A stretch of 64,000 bases of DNA from IMG/VR virus record IMGVR_UViG_3300046517_002304, positions 310,001 to 374,000 of that record; one strand, given 5' to 3'. The position numbers were made by a program, and so were the translations under genes. Shown here piece after piece: positions 22,821 through 35,395 of the stretch (position 1 is its first letter; the number at the start of each line of letters is the position of its first letter). Under the pieces are notes generated by a model, which was given only the letters and a program-made list of their open reading frames with translations, did no database searches and was not told the DNA's origin.

Positions 22821-25073
22821 TTAAGCCACGCCATTAGGTTTCTCCTCAGGTATTTTTGATTCAGACATTTTTTTCTTACCAATTATCAACGCAACCTCTT
22901 TATGAATATCCCCCAATAATTCTTGCAGGTTCTCAATCTCTGAAGACTTGCAAATCTTGGTATGATCGATACTATCGCAGATACTAGGCTTAGGGCAGCC
23001 CTTATTAAAATAAGCAAATGCAGAGACTTCGTAGTCGCTACTTTGTACCACAACACAATCCTTCTCTAGTGTTATGAGAAAACGAGTCCAACGCATTTTT
23101 TTATCTGACACTCTCCAATGAGGAATTCCATTAGGCTTGGCAATACGATTCCACTCATAAAGATATTTGTTTTCTTGAGTAATCTCAGGAGGGACCACAG
23201 CCAAAACAACGGCCGGTGGGGAATTCTTGTTAAGTTTCGGAAACTCAAAATCATCTATTTCATCAGAAACTTCGCCGATTAAACTAACAATAGCCTCGCC
23301 TCTTTTATAATAACCACCAACATCGTATCCTGCTTCTTGAAACTTTTCAAGTCTAATTCTGCAAGAGTTATTTAGAGCATCCAAGAAAATTCGCATGCCT
23401 ACGGCGTCCAAAACACGGCCAATAATTTTCTCTGTCTCATTATAAATTGCAGTTTCTTTGTCTGCTTCACTCTGTTCCGCCAACACACCCGCTTTTAAAA
23501 CAGGATCTTTCTCCATCTTATCACGAATTACTTCAGCAAAGTTATCCGTGGTTTTTTTGGCGTTAGTCATTTCAGGAGCAACTATCTGCACAAAAGATGT
23601 GATCTGTGTCAACAAGGCTTTTGACATCTGGATATCAGAAAAATTAATTCCTATCTGACCATCAATAATGTGACGTATGTAATACGCAATATCTTGATCA
23701 AAATTTACAGTACGAACCATTTTACTTCTTATAAATTTAATAGATATACATTTTAACTTTTCATCTAGAGATATATCCACTAATCCATCGTGGTTATCCT
23801 CATTGTAAATTCGCCAATAACTAACTTCAGGCGCAGGTACATTATAATATTCCCAATAATACTTATGTTTCTTTTTAGCATTGGCTTTAAAAATTTCAGA
23901 TGCTTTTTTCTCAATGTCCTTTGTCAAACTGTCAAAATTATTGATGTCCATAGGAGGACAAACGCCAGTATGTCTAATTGACATGTAAATATCGTTTATT
24001 AAATCATCGTTAAATGTTATTAACGATATTTGTTTTCCGCCCCAATGGGCGATTTCAATCGCTTCGTTATTATAGATTGATAAAGATAATATGGGAGTAT
24101 CCTTAGACAATATTTTCCAGTAATCATTGTCTTCTCTGGTTTTAGGACAATACTGCCAAGTATATTTGTGAGCACTTGTAATGGTTTTTTCGTTTTGCAT
24201 CTTCTGGTTCTCAACAAATCTCTTATTACAACTCTCTGTTATTACAGTGATTGCATCCGCCCCATCTTCTACCCTAACTTTTTGTGGTGCGCCAAGGAAT
24301 CCGTTAACGATTTCTCCTACCATATTTTCAATACTAAGAAGTAGCCCATCGAGGCTCTCAACATTATGAAAATCATATCCTTTAGATGCAAGAGCATCAC
24401 ATATATTTTCGTGCAAAGCTGCTCCGAACCTTATTTTTTTCATATCTATAACATTTATATTTTGTAAAAATGAAAAGACTATAGAAATTAGTGAAGGGTG
24501 CCAGTTGGCATTATCGCTTTTCCCGCCATCTATAGCGATAGATACAGCCGGCGTGTATACTACATCCCTTACCTGCCAATGAGAAGATCCTGCATCATCG
24601 ATATGATGAACCCAATTATACCGTTTAGTGTTTTCTTCCTGCTTATGAGTGTTGATTGTATGCGCAAGTTCAACAGCAGAAGGATTGCTTTTCGCTGCAT
24701 TGGCTTGAACTGGTTTACTTTTAACCTTAGTTTTTGTTCTCGCAACCTTGGCCATAGTCTTTACGGGTGCAATCATGGCCGCCGCCTTCGCTTTAATATC
24801 GTCAAACATGTCAACAATTCCAGCCACAGAATCAATTTTACATTTTTTAAGATGTGAGAATACCATCTGTCCTAATCCGCCATTGAAAATTTCAGATAAC
24901 ATCGTAGCTCCAACTACTCTTAAGGCATAATCTCTAACAACTATCCTATGGCCCAAAGCCATAGGATCTTTCTCTATACTCAAACTGACTGCCGGTGATG
25001 GACGACTATGTAAAACAATCTCCCATAAATCACTGCCATCACGACAAGAGGTATATCGCCATTCTTTTGTCAT
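22821..25073 (-). CDS. Large protein with about five degenerate internal domain repeats
   Basis: Recurrent (K/R)YxW...(H/Y)W(R/K/Q)(I/V)...P.(V/L)S(L/I).I; likely start MTKEWRY. Confidence 0.7.
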   Translation of the reverse strand: MTKEWRYTSCRDGSDLWEIVLHSRPSPAVSLSIEKDPMALGHRIVVRDYALRVVGATMLSEIFNGGLGQMVFSHLKKCKIDSVAGIVDMFDDIKAKAAAMIAPVKTMAKVARTKTKVKSKPVQANAAKSNPSAVELAHTINTHKQEENTKRYNWVHHIDDAGSSHWQVRDVVYTPAVSIAIDGGKSDNANWHPSLISIVFSFLQNINVIDMKKIRFGAALHENICDALASKGYDFHNVESLDGLLLSIENMVGEIVNGFLGAPQKVRVEDGADAITVITESCNKRFVENQKMQNEKTITSAHKYTWQYCPKTREDNDYWKILSKDTPILSLSIYNNEAIEIAHWGGKQISLITFNDDLINDIYMSIRHTGVCPPMDINNFDSLTKDIEKKASEIFKANAKKKHKYYWEYYNVPAPEVSYWRIYNEDNHDGLVDISLDEKLKCISIKFIRSKMVRTVNFDQDIAYYIRHIIDGQIGINFSDIQMSKALLTQITSFVQIVAPEMTNAKKTTDNFAEVIRDKMEKDPVLKAGVLAEQSEADKETAIYNETEKIIGRVLDAVGMRIFLDALNNSCRIRLEKFQEAGYDVGGYYKRGEAIVSLIGEVSDEIDDFEFPKLNKNSPPAVVLAVVPPEITQENKYLYEWNRIAKPNGIPHWRVSDKKMRWTRFLITLEKDCVVVQSSDYEVSAFAYFNKGCPKPSICDSIDHTKICKSSEIENLQELLGDIHKEVALIIGKKKMSESKIPEEKPNGVA

Positions 25074-25074
25074 T

Positions 25075-25518
25075 TCACTTACCAAATCTACGAGCAAGGT
25101 CTTCGTAAAGATACTGAATATCTTCCTTAGTCTCATACGCCTTATCAAAAGGCAGCTTAGGGTAAAACTTACGCATTTCCTTCATACCCCATTTATCAAC
25201 CCATCGCTCTGCTTTTAACGCTACTTTCTTGACAAGGTAATAACTTTCGTCTCGGTGGTAATTATACCACAAATCATTAAAAATGCAATGCAAATGTCCA
25301 AGTTCATGGAAAAGAGTGGATATTAAAATAGATAGATGTTTACGGCGATTCTTCGGATCAAAGAAGATATTGTCAACAAGCTTGGAATTGATTGTTATAT
25401 GGCGAGTATGTCCATTTGCTTCAGCAGAAAAATCAATACTCTTATTAAAATTTACCCGACATGCCCCATACATTTTGGCAAGCCGCTTCATTTCCTGAAT
25501 TAACTTTTTTCGGTCCAT
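25075..25518 (-). CDS. Putative zinc metallopeptidase (HExxH)
   Basis: STLFHELGHLH with downstream AE. Confidence 0.55.
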   Translation of the reverse strand: MDRKKLIQEMKRLAKMYGACRVNFNKSIDFSAEANGHTRHITINSKLVDNIFFDPKNRRKHLSILISTLFHELGHLHCIFNDLWYNYHRDESYYLVKKVALKAERWVDKWGMKEMRKFYPKLPFDKAYETKEDIQYLYEDLARRFGK

Positions 25519-26625
25519 GATAGGATTTTATGGATAACTAAGATATCATAGTGACCAAATGAGTATTCCGCCAATTGTTAGAGCGCTCATCTTCCAGGCG
25601 AAGCTAATAGTTCTAGAGAAACGCTGCTGATCGCTTACAGAAGGAACAAAGCGAAGCAATAACCAATCAAAAGCGCATCCATACATTCCGCCCAATAAAA
25701 CAAAAGAAAAGAACCATGTTACAATACATTGCATTGCCTCTAAAACAGTTGCCATGCATTCAATTATCATTAAAGCAACCAATACGCAAGATGGGCCAGT
25801 GGTGTTATTTTTAAGGAGAACTTCGCCATCCTTGCGATATGCTGTTCGTCCCACTCTATCATACCTATCGATGATAAAAACATAGTTATCAACATTCCAA
25901 ATAAGAATACATAACAGGCATAAACTCCTGTCATAAGTAAAAATTTTAAGAGCCATTCTATGGCTACGGCGTCAATCATAGTTGGCTCAAAATCCTACCA
26001 GTCATCCAAGCTACACACATATAAAAAATATGAACTCTTGGGTTTTCCTTGGCATCTTTATTGATAGTGAAGTAAACCAATAACACGCTCGTTAAAAGAC
26101 CTGTAAGAAAAATTTCTTTACCCATGATTTCGCCTTTATTGGTCTAGTTCCAGAATTTATGGCCGCAAACATCACACATATGCAAACTATAATAGATTTG
26201 TATATCTCCGAATGTTCCCGCCTTTGATTCTTGTCTATGTTTGATAATCGTTGTTGAATTGTGTGATATATGACACCAGATCGGCATCCATGTAATAGCC
26301 GAAATAACTCTCCAGATTGTCTTGAAAAGCTTGGTCATTTATTTCTAGTTCGGTTTTTGAATTTTCTAGTTCGGAACTCACCTTGGAAGAATAGCCATGT
26401 TAAATGATATGGCAGCAAATCCTTAACAACATGATAATCGTGAAGTAGATTGTCCTTCGGTGTATACCAGCACAGATGAGGCATCCATGAATTTTTAGGA
26501 AATAACAGCTTAAGCCTGCCGCAAAAACGGTGGCGAAACATGATAACAATTAAACCAATTAAACAATTCCCGTACTTCATGGCATTTCTCCTTAATGCTC
26601 AATCGTTCCATCCATATTTAATTAA

Positions 26626-27024
26626 CTAATCATAATAAATTTCTGATACAATTTTCTCTTTGCCGTCATGATAATCTTCAATATAAATTTTGATAGAAAC
26701 ATCTTTAATCTCTAAAGAAAATATACGATGATATTTGCCTCTCTTTTCAGAATCAGTGGCATTCCTGTATTTATGCTGAAAATGGGTAAGGCAAGCGATT
26801 AAATCATGGTCAGAGCGAAGTGCGATACTATCATTATCTGGAAATGAATAATGGTCGCCGCTACCATATACTTGAAATTGATGGTCGTTTTTATTTTTAG
26901 GCCAATCTTTGTGCGTTCCCACCTTCCAGCATCTATTAGCCTTAAGCCATTCGGCCATCTCTTGGTTAATAGAGAATCCACCAAATTTAGTGTTGATAAT
27001 TATTCTTGTTGAAAGGGATTCCAT
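26626..27024 (-). CDS. Phage-type hypothetical protein
   Basis: IIINTKFGGFSI...RSDHDLI...IEDYHDGKE pattern. Confidence 0.55.
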   Translation of the reverse strand: MESLSTRIIINTKFGGFSINQEMAEWLKANRCWKVGTHKDWPKNKNDHQFQVYGSGDHYSFPDNDSIALRSDHDLIACLTHFQHKYRNATDSEKRGKYHRIFSLEIKDVSIKIYIEDYHDGKEKIVSEIYYD

Positions 27025-30000
27025 GATTACACCAGCACATAGTAATTTTTGGGGCGAACAGCAAAAACATAAGGCTCACTAAGAAAGTCATCTTGGTTTG
27101 CATTAAACAATGCTTCGGCAACTTTTTCTGCATCTTTTTTATTCTGGAACAAAAGCGGAATATCATCATCGAACATATCAGTATCTAAAAATTTAAATTT
27201 AAATTTTTTGGGACTTGTATACTTCATCAAGTATTCATGGGAACCGCCATCATAAATTACATATTGATTCTTACTCGCCATAATCTTCCTCCGGTATATT
27301 CTGGGGACAACTTTTGTACTTACACTCATTGTTCTTATATTCCTTACTGCCGCAATCGGGACACTCATCATCAAACAAAATCCCGCATTTCTCTTCAAGC
27401 AATTTCTCAAAACATTCCGCAATTACCTTGCGGGTTTCTTCTCGCTCTTGGCAAAAATGTGCTTCAATGTTATCGGGGATTGATGGAAAATCAATCGTTC
27501 CGGTGCAGCCAGAAAGGCCAACGGAGGAATCGCCGGAGGTATGAATGAATATTTTCATGTCAGCGCCTTATGGATAACTAAATGGCTACAAAAATCAATC
27601 CAAAAATCACCAAGACCGTACCGACAACAAAACAGAAGTCTAAATCTCTTGTTCTATACGCTGCTGATTTATAAAATGAATACGCTGCACCGAATAAGCA
27701 TTTAATAAGAACTAGAAATGACATAGCAAATTCCTTTAGTTGTTTGGCATAGCGACAAACAATTTTGCAAGTCCATCCATAAAAGTTTCGGTATACCTAG
27801 TAATATCCTCAGGAATACCTGCAAGAAGGCAATCTGTCTGGTGGTCTTGTGTATGATAGTTGGTAAGTGCTTGATTAATAAAAGCATTGTGCTGCGCGAG
27901 AAGACGATTCACAATTTCAAGCTTTTGTTCAGTACTCATTTTTCACCACTTTAGGGAAATTTCTTTAACTTGAACCGTCTCAAGCCGGATGTCTTCAGTC
28001 GCGGTTGTTGCCAGTAAGGGATCAAGCAACAAATCATCGGCATCTTCTTTTTCGTCTAATCCGTAAGTTATCGGATTATTAACGCAGTGAAGGGGTTGCC
28101 ATCCACTAGAAGTCCACACAACATTTTCTTGACTGTGCCCGGCGTCGGCAACAATTATTAGTCTTTTTATTTGTGGCATTAGAACAAATCCTTCCAGCGA
28201 ACATGGCGATTATGGTGCGTCATCATATGGCGGTCAAAACCGCTCACAAAAGAAATTGCGAACATCGTTAGTCCTATAAAACAAATTCCTTGAATACCCA
28301 TTAAGATCAGCATTTTTATTCCTTAAACGGCTACAGGCTCTTCGGAGGATTCTTCATCTTCGCAGATAATACCATGGCAGGTTCCATCAGAAAAAAGTAA
28401 GAACAAACAGGACTGGTAACCAATTCCATCCGTGTAGATGGTAGTGCTTACAACAGCCTGAATGTTTTTTCCTACTGTCCTTGCCAACTTAATCTGCCTG
28501 TACTTCGGCAATTCCATTTTGCCAGAAACCAACTTCAGATCAGAGGAATTAATCTTATTCCCCTTGGCGTCTACGATGACGACAAGTTTCTTTTCTGGAT
28601 TTGGCGTAATCCAAGTAGATTTATCCCAGCCCATCATTTGCTTTCGTTCTTAGATCTTTTTTCGTACCACGAAACGACGCGAGGATCAACCCACTCAACC
28701 TTCTTCCGCAACTGCTTCAATGCATCCTTAGCTGTAATCTCGCCAAGTCGCACAGCAGAACGAAAGCCAGTAGACTTGGCCTTCGGCGCTTCCTTCACCA
28801 CTTCGGTAACGGGTTCAGCAGTAGTAACAACGTCAGACTTTTTTGCTTTTCGGGGCATTGTATGCTTTCAGGTGGTCAGATGGAACTCGTATCGAGACAA
28901 ATTTTGCTTTTTTTCTAAATTCTACAAGACTCCAAGAAATACCTTTTCTCCATTCCTGCCTCATAACCACACCGTTCATTCCCCATAGTGATGGGTACTG
29001 AAGTGCTACTTTTACCTTAACCCCTTTGCCTATCATAAACGGATGTTGCGGAAGAGCATTAACGACCTTTTGAAACTCTCCGTTTTTCACACAAGAAACA
29101 CAACCGAATAATGGTCTACTACGCTTGTCTGGTCTATTGTCGCGTTTAAACGCAACTGCTGCATTTTTCGCTAAAACTCTTTCGCCACATGATGCACACT
29201 TTGCCATATAACCCTATGGATAACTAAAGACTCTCTTGGTATTCACGCAAGGCATTTCTGAAAAGAACAAATCTCTCATACATGATTATCAAAGACTGTT
29301 TAGGCATCCATTGCAGTCTTTTCTTCTTGTCATAATAAGAGTGAATAAGATGTTCTGTTTCTTGGATTTGCGTTAAATAAGTGCCGCATCTTGCCTTGAT
29401 CGGCCAGATCGGATGGTTCATCGCGGCATCTACCTCTAAATTAATCAATAAATTAGACAAGCGATTCTTTTGTTCGACGGCTGCGAAAACGACTAACTGA
29501 AAGTCCTCCTTGCCAGGCAAATAGTGTATTAAGGTATGCAGATTAGCATCAATAATTGCAAGTTCATGCGCACCCTTCCAGTAAAAGGCGCGAGTTTTAT
29601 CAATGACTTCTTCTTGTTTTTTAGACATGGTTGCCGACTAGCGCCACAAAAAATTGACAATTATCTCGGGCCATGTACTCATGTATGTATCATAAATCCA
29701 TATCGCACCACATACGCCGACACAAGCGCACATCAAGAATAAACGAGGCATTTTTTTAGCCTGTTCGTCAAAGGTTAATGACATACAAGCAATAAAGCAA
29801 TACGCAATAACGGCAAACATTTGCTGAAATGTGCTACTCATCTGTTGGCCTATCTACAAAAAAGGATTTTCCGCTTTCACAGACATAAATCTTTTGCTGA
29901 TTAAAAACCTTACAAGCATCCGTCAACAAACTTTTAAATGCCTTAAGTTTTGATTTCACGATACTCACATACAACACTCTACTGACATCCCATATCACAG

Positions 30001-31113
30001 ACCCCGCGTCAGATTTCCAGGTTCCCCGAACTTTGCCGGCGTAGGTTTCGCCTCCAGCTATATCCCTAAGCTTACCGCGAAACCGATCAAAATCGCTTTC
30101 ATCGTCCAGCGAATTTTTGCTACCGTTTATCGGAATTAGTATTCTATATTCGGTCATGGTGAGTGATAAGGGATAACTAACGCCCCTCAATTTTCTCCGC
30201 GATTACTGACATCCACATAATAAGACACTGGCACAAATACCCAACTCCTGCAAGAGGCCAGCCAAAAATAGACCTGATGCACTTAAGCATCCATTGTGTA
30301 TCTTTCGGATAATTGACTAACCATCCACCAGAACCAACGAAAATCCCACCAGTGAATAGAAATAAAATCATGAGAATATAAAATGGAAGAGCTAGTGCTT
30401 TTCTTACGTATTGCATTTTTTAGCTCGTCAGTTTGTAGCCATTTTTTTCAAGAAGCCATTTCAGATCATACGAATCAACCGACTGCTCCGCTGCATAGGT
30501 TTTAACCGTTAACTTATTGTCGTAATCCCAAAAATCCTTCATGAACCCAAGCTCAATACCATTGAGTTCAATAGTTGTGTATTTTGCCCAACCACCGAAA
30601 GGAAGCTTTCTTTTCGCTCCTTCTCGGATATGCAATTCGGTAAGTTTAATTGGTTTCATGATGGGTCTTTATGGATAACTAATTTGGGGTCTGGTTCTCT
30701 AACCCACTCTATGGCTATTCGTCCTCACAGAGAATTTCACCATCCATAATTTCTATTTTTTCGTTACAAAAACAACATTCGCAAGTATACAAAACAGATA
30801 CATTGTTTTCATAAATTGATATCTTATTTAATGTCCCACCATTATGCGGGCATTTATGAGACTTAAGCCAACCTCGTATCATGTCCTGCTCTTTTTCAGG
30901 AAATAAATTATTGGTGCTCATTCGGCACTTCCAGTTAGAATAGAGAAGTCTTTAGGCAGATTAAATTCTTCTGCCGTATCTTTGCTTGGCGATGTTATGC
31001 CGGAAATGTTAACGAGTAATCCATGATCGGCAAACGCGCTAGGAAGCACGTAGAGAATCGCCGGACCATCCAGATTAGCATCTGGAATCGCATTGGCCGC
31101 GTCCCGCAGTTGC

Positions 31114-31719
31114 CTAAGAGTGATATTTTTTAACATATATCGCGGCCTTAATATGTGCTCGCTGTAGTTCAGTTAATTGATGCTGCGTATCAAGAATGGC
31201 CTGTAAATGATCTATATCACAGTCCACCAATCGCTTCCATCGGAAGTGCTCTTTGCCGCTCTTTCCGTAGGTTCCCCACAATTTAAACCCATTTTCATCT
31301 ACGTAAAATCCATCTACAACACGAAAAGGTTGCGCGGAATCATCTTCCTCTATTTCTTTAACTGGCGACTCTATTTTCACGCTAAGATGTTCAGGAAGTT
31401 CTGGAAACTTAATTGGTTGCCAGCAAATAACCGATCCATCTGGAAACGAACCCCATGACGACGAACGCCAGTGCATATTTTCATAACGTCCTTTACGAAC
31501 ATATGGTAAGTCTACATTTTCCGTATTGTGTTTAACAACTATAAAGCACTCTTCTTTATTGTCTGGCAATTCATCCTTGCAATAAATCCAGTCATCATTG
31601 CTAATTTCTGGAATATCCACTTTTACTTTAGGAGTATCGGCATTATTAGCCTTGCAGCCCCCAATAAATGGAAGCAGACCAGCCAACGGAAGCGATGATA
31701 GAAAATTTCTGCGTTTCAT
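31114..31719 (-). CDS. Tat-signal lipoprotein-like protein with DUF551-like domain
   Basis: MKRRNFLSSLPLAGLLPFIGG-C; WIYCKDELP...VICWQPI. Confidence 0.6.
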   Translation of the reverse strand: MKRRNFLSSLPLAGLLPFIGGCKANNADTPKVKVDIPEISNDDWIYCKDELPDNKEECFIVVKHNTENVDLPYVRKGRYENMHWRSSSWGSFPDGSVICWQPIKFPELPEHLSVKIESPVKEIEEDDSAQPFRVVDGFYVDENGFKLWGTYGKSGKEHFRWKRLVDCDIDHLQAILDTQHQLTELQRAHIKAAIYVKKYHS

Positions 31720-32651
31720 GATTTCTTGACATCCTTAACGAGTTCAGCCGCCTTCTCAATCAAGAAGACGTTTGGAGCTACGTAAGCTTTAAGCGCTGCC
31801 TTAGACGAAGAAAGGCCATTGGTTATGCAGATGGGGAATACTGCGGCAAAACTAATAACAAGAATTACAACAGAAATAATACCCTTTGCAAATCCAGTAT
31901 CGCTTACCCATTCGGACAACCATGCTTTTTTAACAATAAAATAAATCGCTACAACAGCAGCGGTAAAAAAGAATAAACAAAAACTTGCCTGCAAACAATT
32001 TGACCATATTTCCCAAGTAATAAACTGTTGGACGGTTTCTGGGATTTTATCCTCAGCGAACTCCGCTCCTTTCTTGCCGATAACTTCAAGATAGTCCAGA
32101 TACTTAACAAGCCGAACCTTAATTTCCTCGTTCATAGTACTCCTCAATTTTCTTGTTAGAAAGATTGTCTGCGATTGACCTTAATAATTCTTTTTCAGAT
32201 GTTAATATCAAAATTTTATCACCGTCAATTAAACGATAGAACACGAAGCTCTCTTCGCCTATATTAACGCCAGGAAAAACTCTCTTAGACTGCATCTTTT
32301 CAACGGCTTCAATAATCAAATGATTAAGAGCAAACTTACCATATCCAATAGTGGATAGATGGAGAGTTTCCTTAAAAATAGTAGGCAGTAATTCAAGGAC
32401 TGCCTTATGTACTTTTTCAATCGGCGTCATGTTTTACTTTAAAGAAGAGCAGCAAGCTTTTTAAGCTGGGAAACAGTGATATATGAATCGTTATCATCCG
32501 GTTCGATATAACATTTATCACCGACTTTAACCTCAGAAAAAGAATCGTCGGCATCTTTCCAAATAAATGATTCGTCAATCAAATAAATTCTTTGACCATG
32601 CTTAACAGCATATGTTAAGCCGAATCTAGCTATAGCGGTGCCATTCATTTT

Positions 32652-33379
32652 TCACCAAGAGATTGAGTAAACTTGCGTCTGGCTTTCGTCATCAGGCGTT
32701 TTATATACATGCAAACCATTGTCTTTAAGCATCTTCACTACAGCATCATTATAAAGATAAAAACCACTCACAGAATTCTCTTGTGTTATGGCATAATCTA
32801 TAAGATTAGAAATAATTCCAATACACAGTTTGGTATCATCATCTTCTGGAAGAACAGAGATATTTGTAAGTAAATCAGCTAAATTCATGACCACTTAACC
32901 ATTGTGCCGTATTTTTTAACATTAATAACAAGACCCTCAAACTGGAGAGAGTTTGTTTCTTTGTCTCCAATTTTTTGCTCTAGCTCAGTGAAATTCTGTC
33001 CAGTAGATGCACAAGAAAACAAAATAGACACTGTGCCAAGCAAGGACTTCAAGTCCGGGTTGTCCTTTGATTCTTTGCTTATTTTTCGGAGTAAATCGGC
33101 CAAATTCATAGTTCGGCAATTATAGCAGAATAAATGGTTCTGTCAATCCCAAGAAAGAGTGTATGACTGTTTATTTTCATCAAATACCGGCGGGGAAATT
33201 CTAACTCCTTCGTCAACTAACATATCATATACTTTACGGGATGCGATATACATATCTGTAGCAAGCATGCCATTTGCAGAATACTGAATAAGCACGCCAG
33301 CAATTTTATTGAACACTTGAATATCCTTTTCATCTTCGTGAAGATGACTCAATTTTTTTAAATAGTCTGCCATCTTCAT
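32652..33379 (-). CDS. Three tandem small paralogues (32652-32894, 32885-33109, 33143-33379)
   Basis: MNLADLL/MKMADYL N-termini, L...G(L/V) core, C-terminal W. Confidence 0.6.
33119..33146 (-). promoter_or_regulatory. Consensus sigma70-type promoter
   Basis: TTGACA-16 nt-TATAAT with extended TG, 9 nt before ATG 33109. Confidence 0.65.
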
Positions 33380-33821
33380 GGTCAGCCTCGTTTGCTATTC
33401 TGTATTTCGGCAACAGCCCTTTTGTAAACATCTGTATTATGGTCAATAGGATGCTTTTTGTGTCCATGAACGTCCAGGGACACAAACGCCAGTGTTCCCA
33501 CCACTAAAATCAAACAGCAAATGAAAAAAGTGATTGCCATGATGGTCCTTTATGAGGATTTTCTGCCGATATAGGTATAAGAAAAAAATGCATAGATGAA
33601 TATAGCCAGCAAAACGTCCTTCCATGGATGAAAGAAGAACGCCGCAGCGAAATCACCAACAACAAATAATCCTAAAATAATAGAAATAAAGAATCCTGAC
33701 GGATTACACCCCGGCTCCAAACCGCCCTTCATAAGCGAAGGGTAAAAAACTCCCAAAAAGGCAGTAGGGAGTAATCCAATCATAGAAAGAGCCAACAAAA
33801 TTTGCATAGCTATTGGTCCCA

Positions 33822-34445
33822 TCATTCATCTCCTTCAACTGAAGCAAGTTCTTCCTCGGCAGTTGCTTTTTCCATGAATTTTTCGTCTTCCGCTACAACG
33901 TCTTCGTCGGTCTTGACGTTTTGGTATGGTCTAGACAACCACCAAGCACAACTCAAATCGCTGCATTTTCTAACTTCTTGAGTCTGAAAACTTGTACACA
34001 TAAGACAATTCAGTTTCTTAGAAGCATTTGTGCTGCCTTTAACAACAAGATCAACAAGAGGCAAGTACTGTTGCTTGTTATGCGAAACACAAACCTGCTT
34101 CATTGCACTGACGGCGGCATTGTATTTCGGATTTTTCTTAAACTTTTCGCCTCTACTTTTACGGTCTTTCCTTCCGTCAAGCATCGCCTGCTTATGCTCT
34201 GGCGACATTTTCACGCCAGCAGCACGACCACGCTTACCGGGAACCGTCTTTACCACAATCTTCCAATCACGGATTCGCAGCAACACAACCGAAAAAGTAA
34301 TCGGCTTAGGAGGCGACATTTTATTATAAATGTCGGCCACCTTTGTGGCCAAAATACTGTTATTCGCAAGACCACCATTTGCTTCAGCAGAAGTAATGGC
34401 AGCTTCAAATTTCTTTCGATCAACAGGGATTACGGCTCGGCTCAT
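33822..34445 (-). CDS. Basic hypothetical protein with C-terminal Cys cluster
   Basis: KRGR AT-hook-like stretch; CLMC...C....CAWW. Confidence 0.55.
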   Translation of the reverse strand: MSRAVIPVDRKKFEAAITSAEANGGLANNSILATKVADIYNKMSPPKPITFSVVLLRIRDWKIVVKTVPGKRGRAAGVKMSPEHKQAMLDGRKDRKSRGEKFKKNPKYNAAVSAMKQVCVSHNKQQYLPLVDLVVKGSTNASKKLNCLMCTSFQTQEVRKCSDLSCAWWLSRPYQNVKTDEDVVAEDEKFMEKATAEEELASVEGDE

Positions 34446-34690
34446 GATTGTTCCTTTATTGGAAGATTATGCCGTGATATGGATAACTATTATTACATCC
34501 AATACCAGCAAGCACCACAGACAACTAAAATAGTTGTAATCAGTCCAATCAATGCACAGGTAGCCAGTCCGCATCCATCCCGACTCTCAATCGGAACAAA
34601 TACGCTTATCAACATTGTTGGTAGAAAACCAACGGCTAGGAAAAAATACCACAACGGTGTCAAGATAAAATTAGCGATGAATCCCATGAT

Positions 34691-35209
34691 TTACTCCAAG
34701 TTGATTGTTAGCCCCATTGATTGCATTTTAAGCAACGCCTCCGCATTACCCATTGCATCATCAACGGGATGATGCGTATGTTTGGTTTTTCGTAAATGCT
34801 TGCAGTTAACAAACATGCTCTTGGCCATTCCCTTATAAAGAGAATTAAGGTTGGTTGACGAATGGCCGAATGGATTGCTTCCAAGAATATCATGAAAATA
34901 ATAATTAACAAACTGCCAGTCAAATCCGTTGTTATCAGAAATAAATCTCGGATGCTCTTTATTGTGGGCCTTGATCCATTCTGCAAATGCCTTCATACCA
35001 AAAACCGCACCAGGGAAAGTCAGCGTTTTCTCTCTGGTTAAGCCACTAACGGCCAATGCTTCTGGAACAAACTTATCTGAAATTGGACAAAACTCAGCAT
35101 AAAAAGTTTTGTCCAACTTTGAATCAACTAAAACCGCACCAAGTTGCACCATGGAGTATAATCCAGGTGCCGGGCCGTCTGATTCAATGTCAACCATTAT
35201 CCAAGACAT
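34691..35209 (-). CDS. DEDD(h) 3'-5' exonuclease (Rv2179c/RNase AS-like)
   Basis: VDIESDG, NNGFDWQF, HHPVDDA. Confidence 0.8.
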   Translation of the reverse strand: MSWIMVDIESDGPAPGLYSMVQLGAVLVDSKLDKTFYAEFCPISDKFVPEALAVSGLTREKTLTFPGAVFGMKAFAEWIKAHNKEHPRFISDNNGFDWQFVNYYFHDILGSNPFGHSSTNLNSLYKGMAKSMFVNCKHLRKTKHTHHPVDDAMGNAEALLKMQSMGLTINLE

Positions 35210-35395
35210 TTTCTACATCCTTATCATGTATGTGAGTGTTAGAAACAGTATCAAGAATCCCACAAACCCAGATGCAATAACATCATTATTTTCCACGGTC
35301 TGAATTCGGAACAAAGTGAAAAACAAATGCACCGGCAATAGTCCCACAAGAATGCACGGCAATACCAAGCATGTTATTAAATACACTAAAAACTC

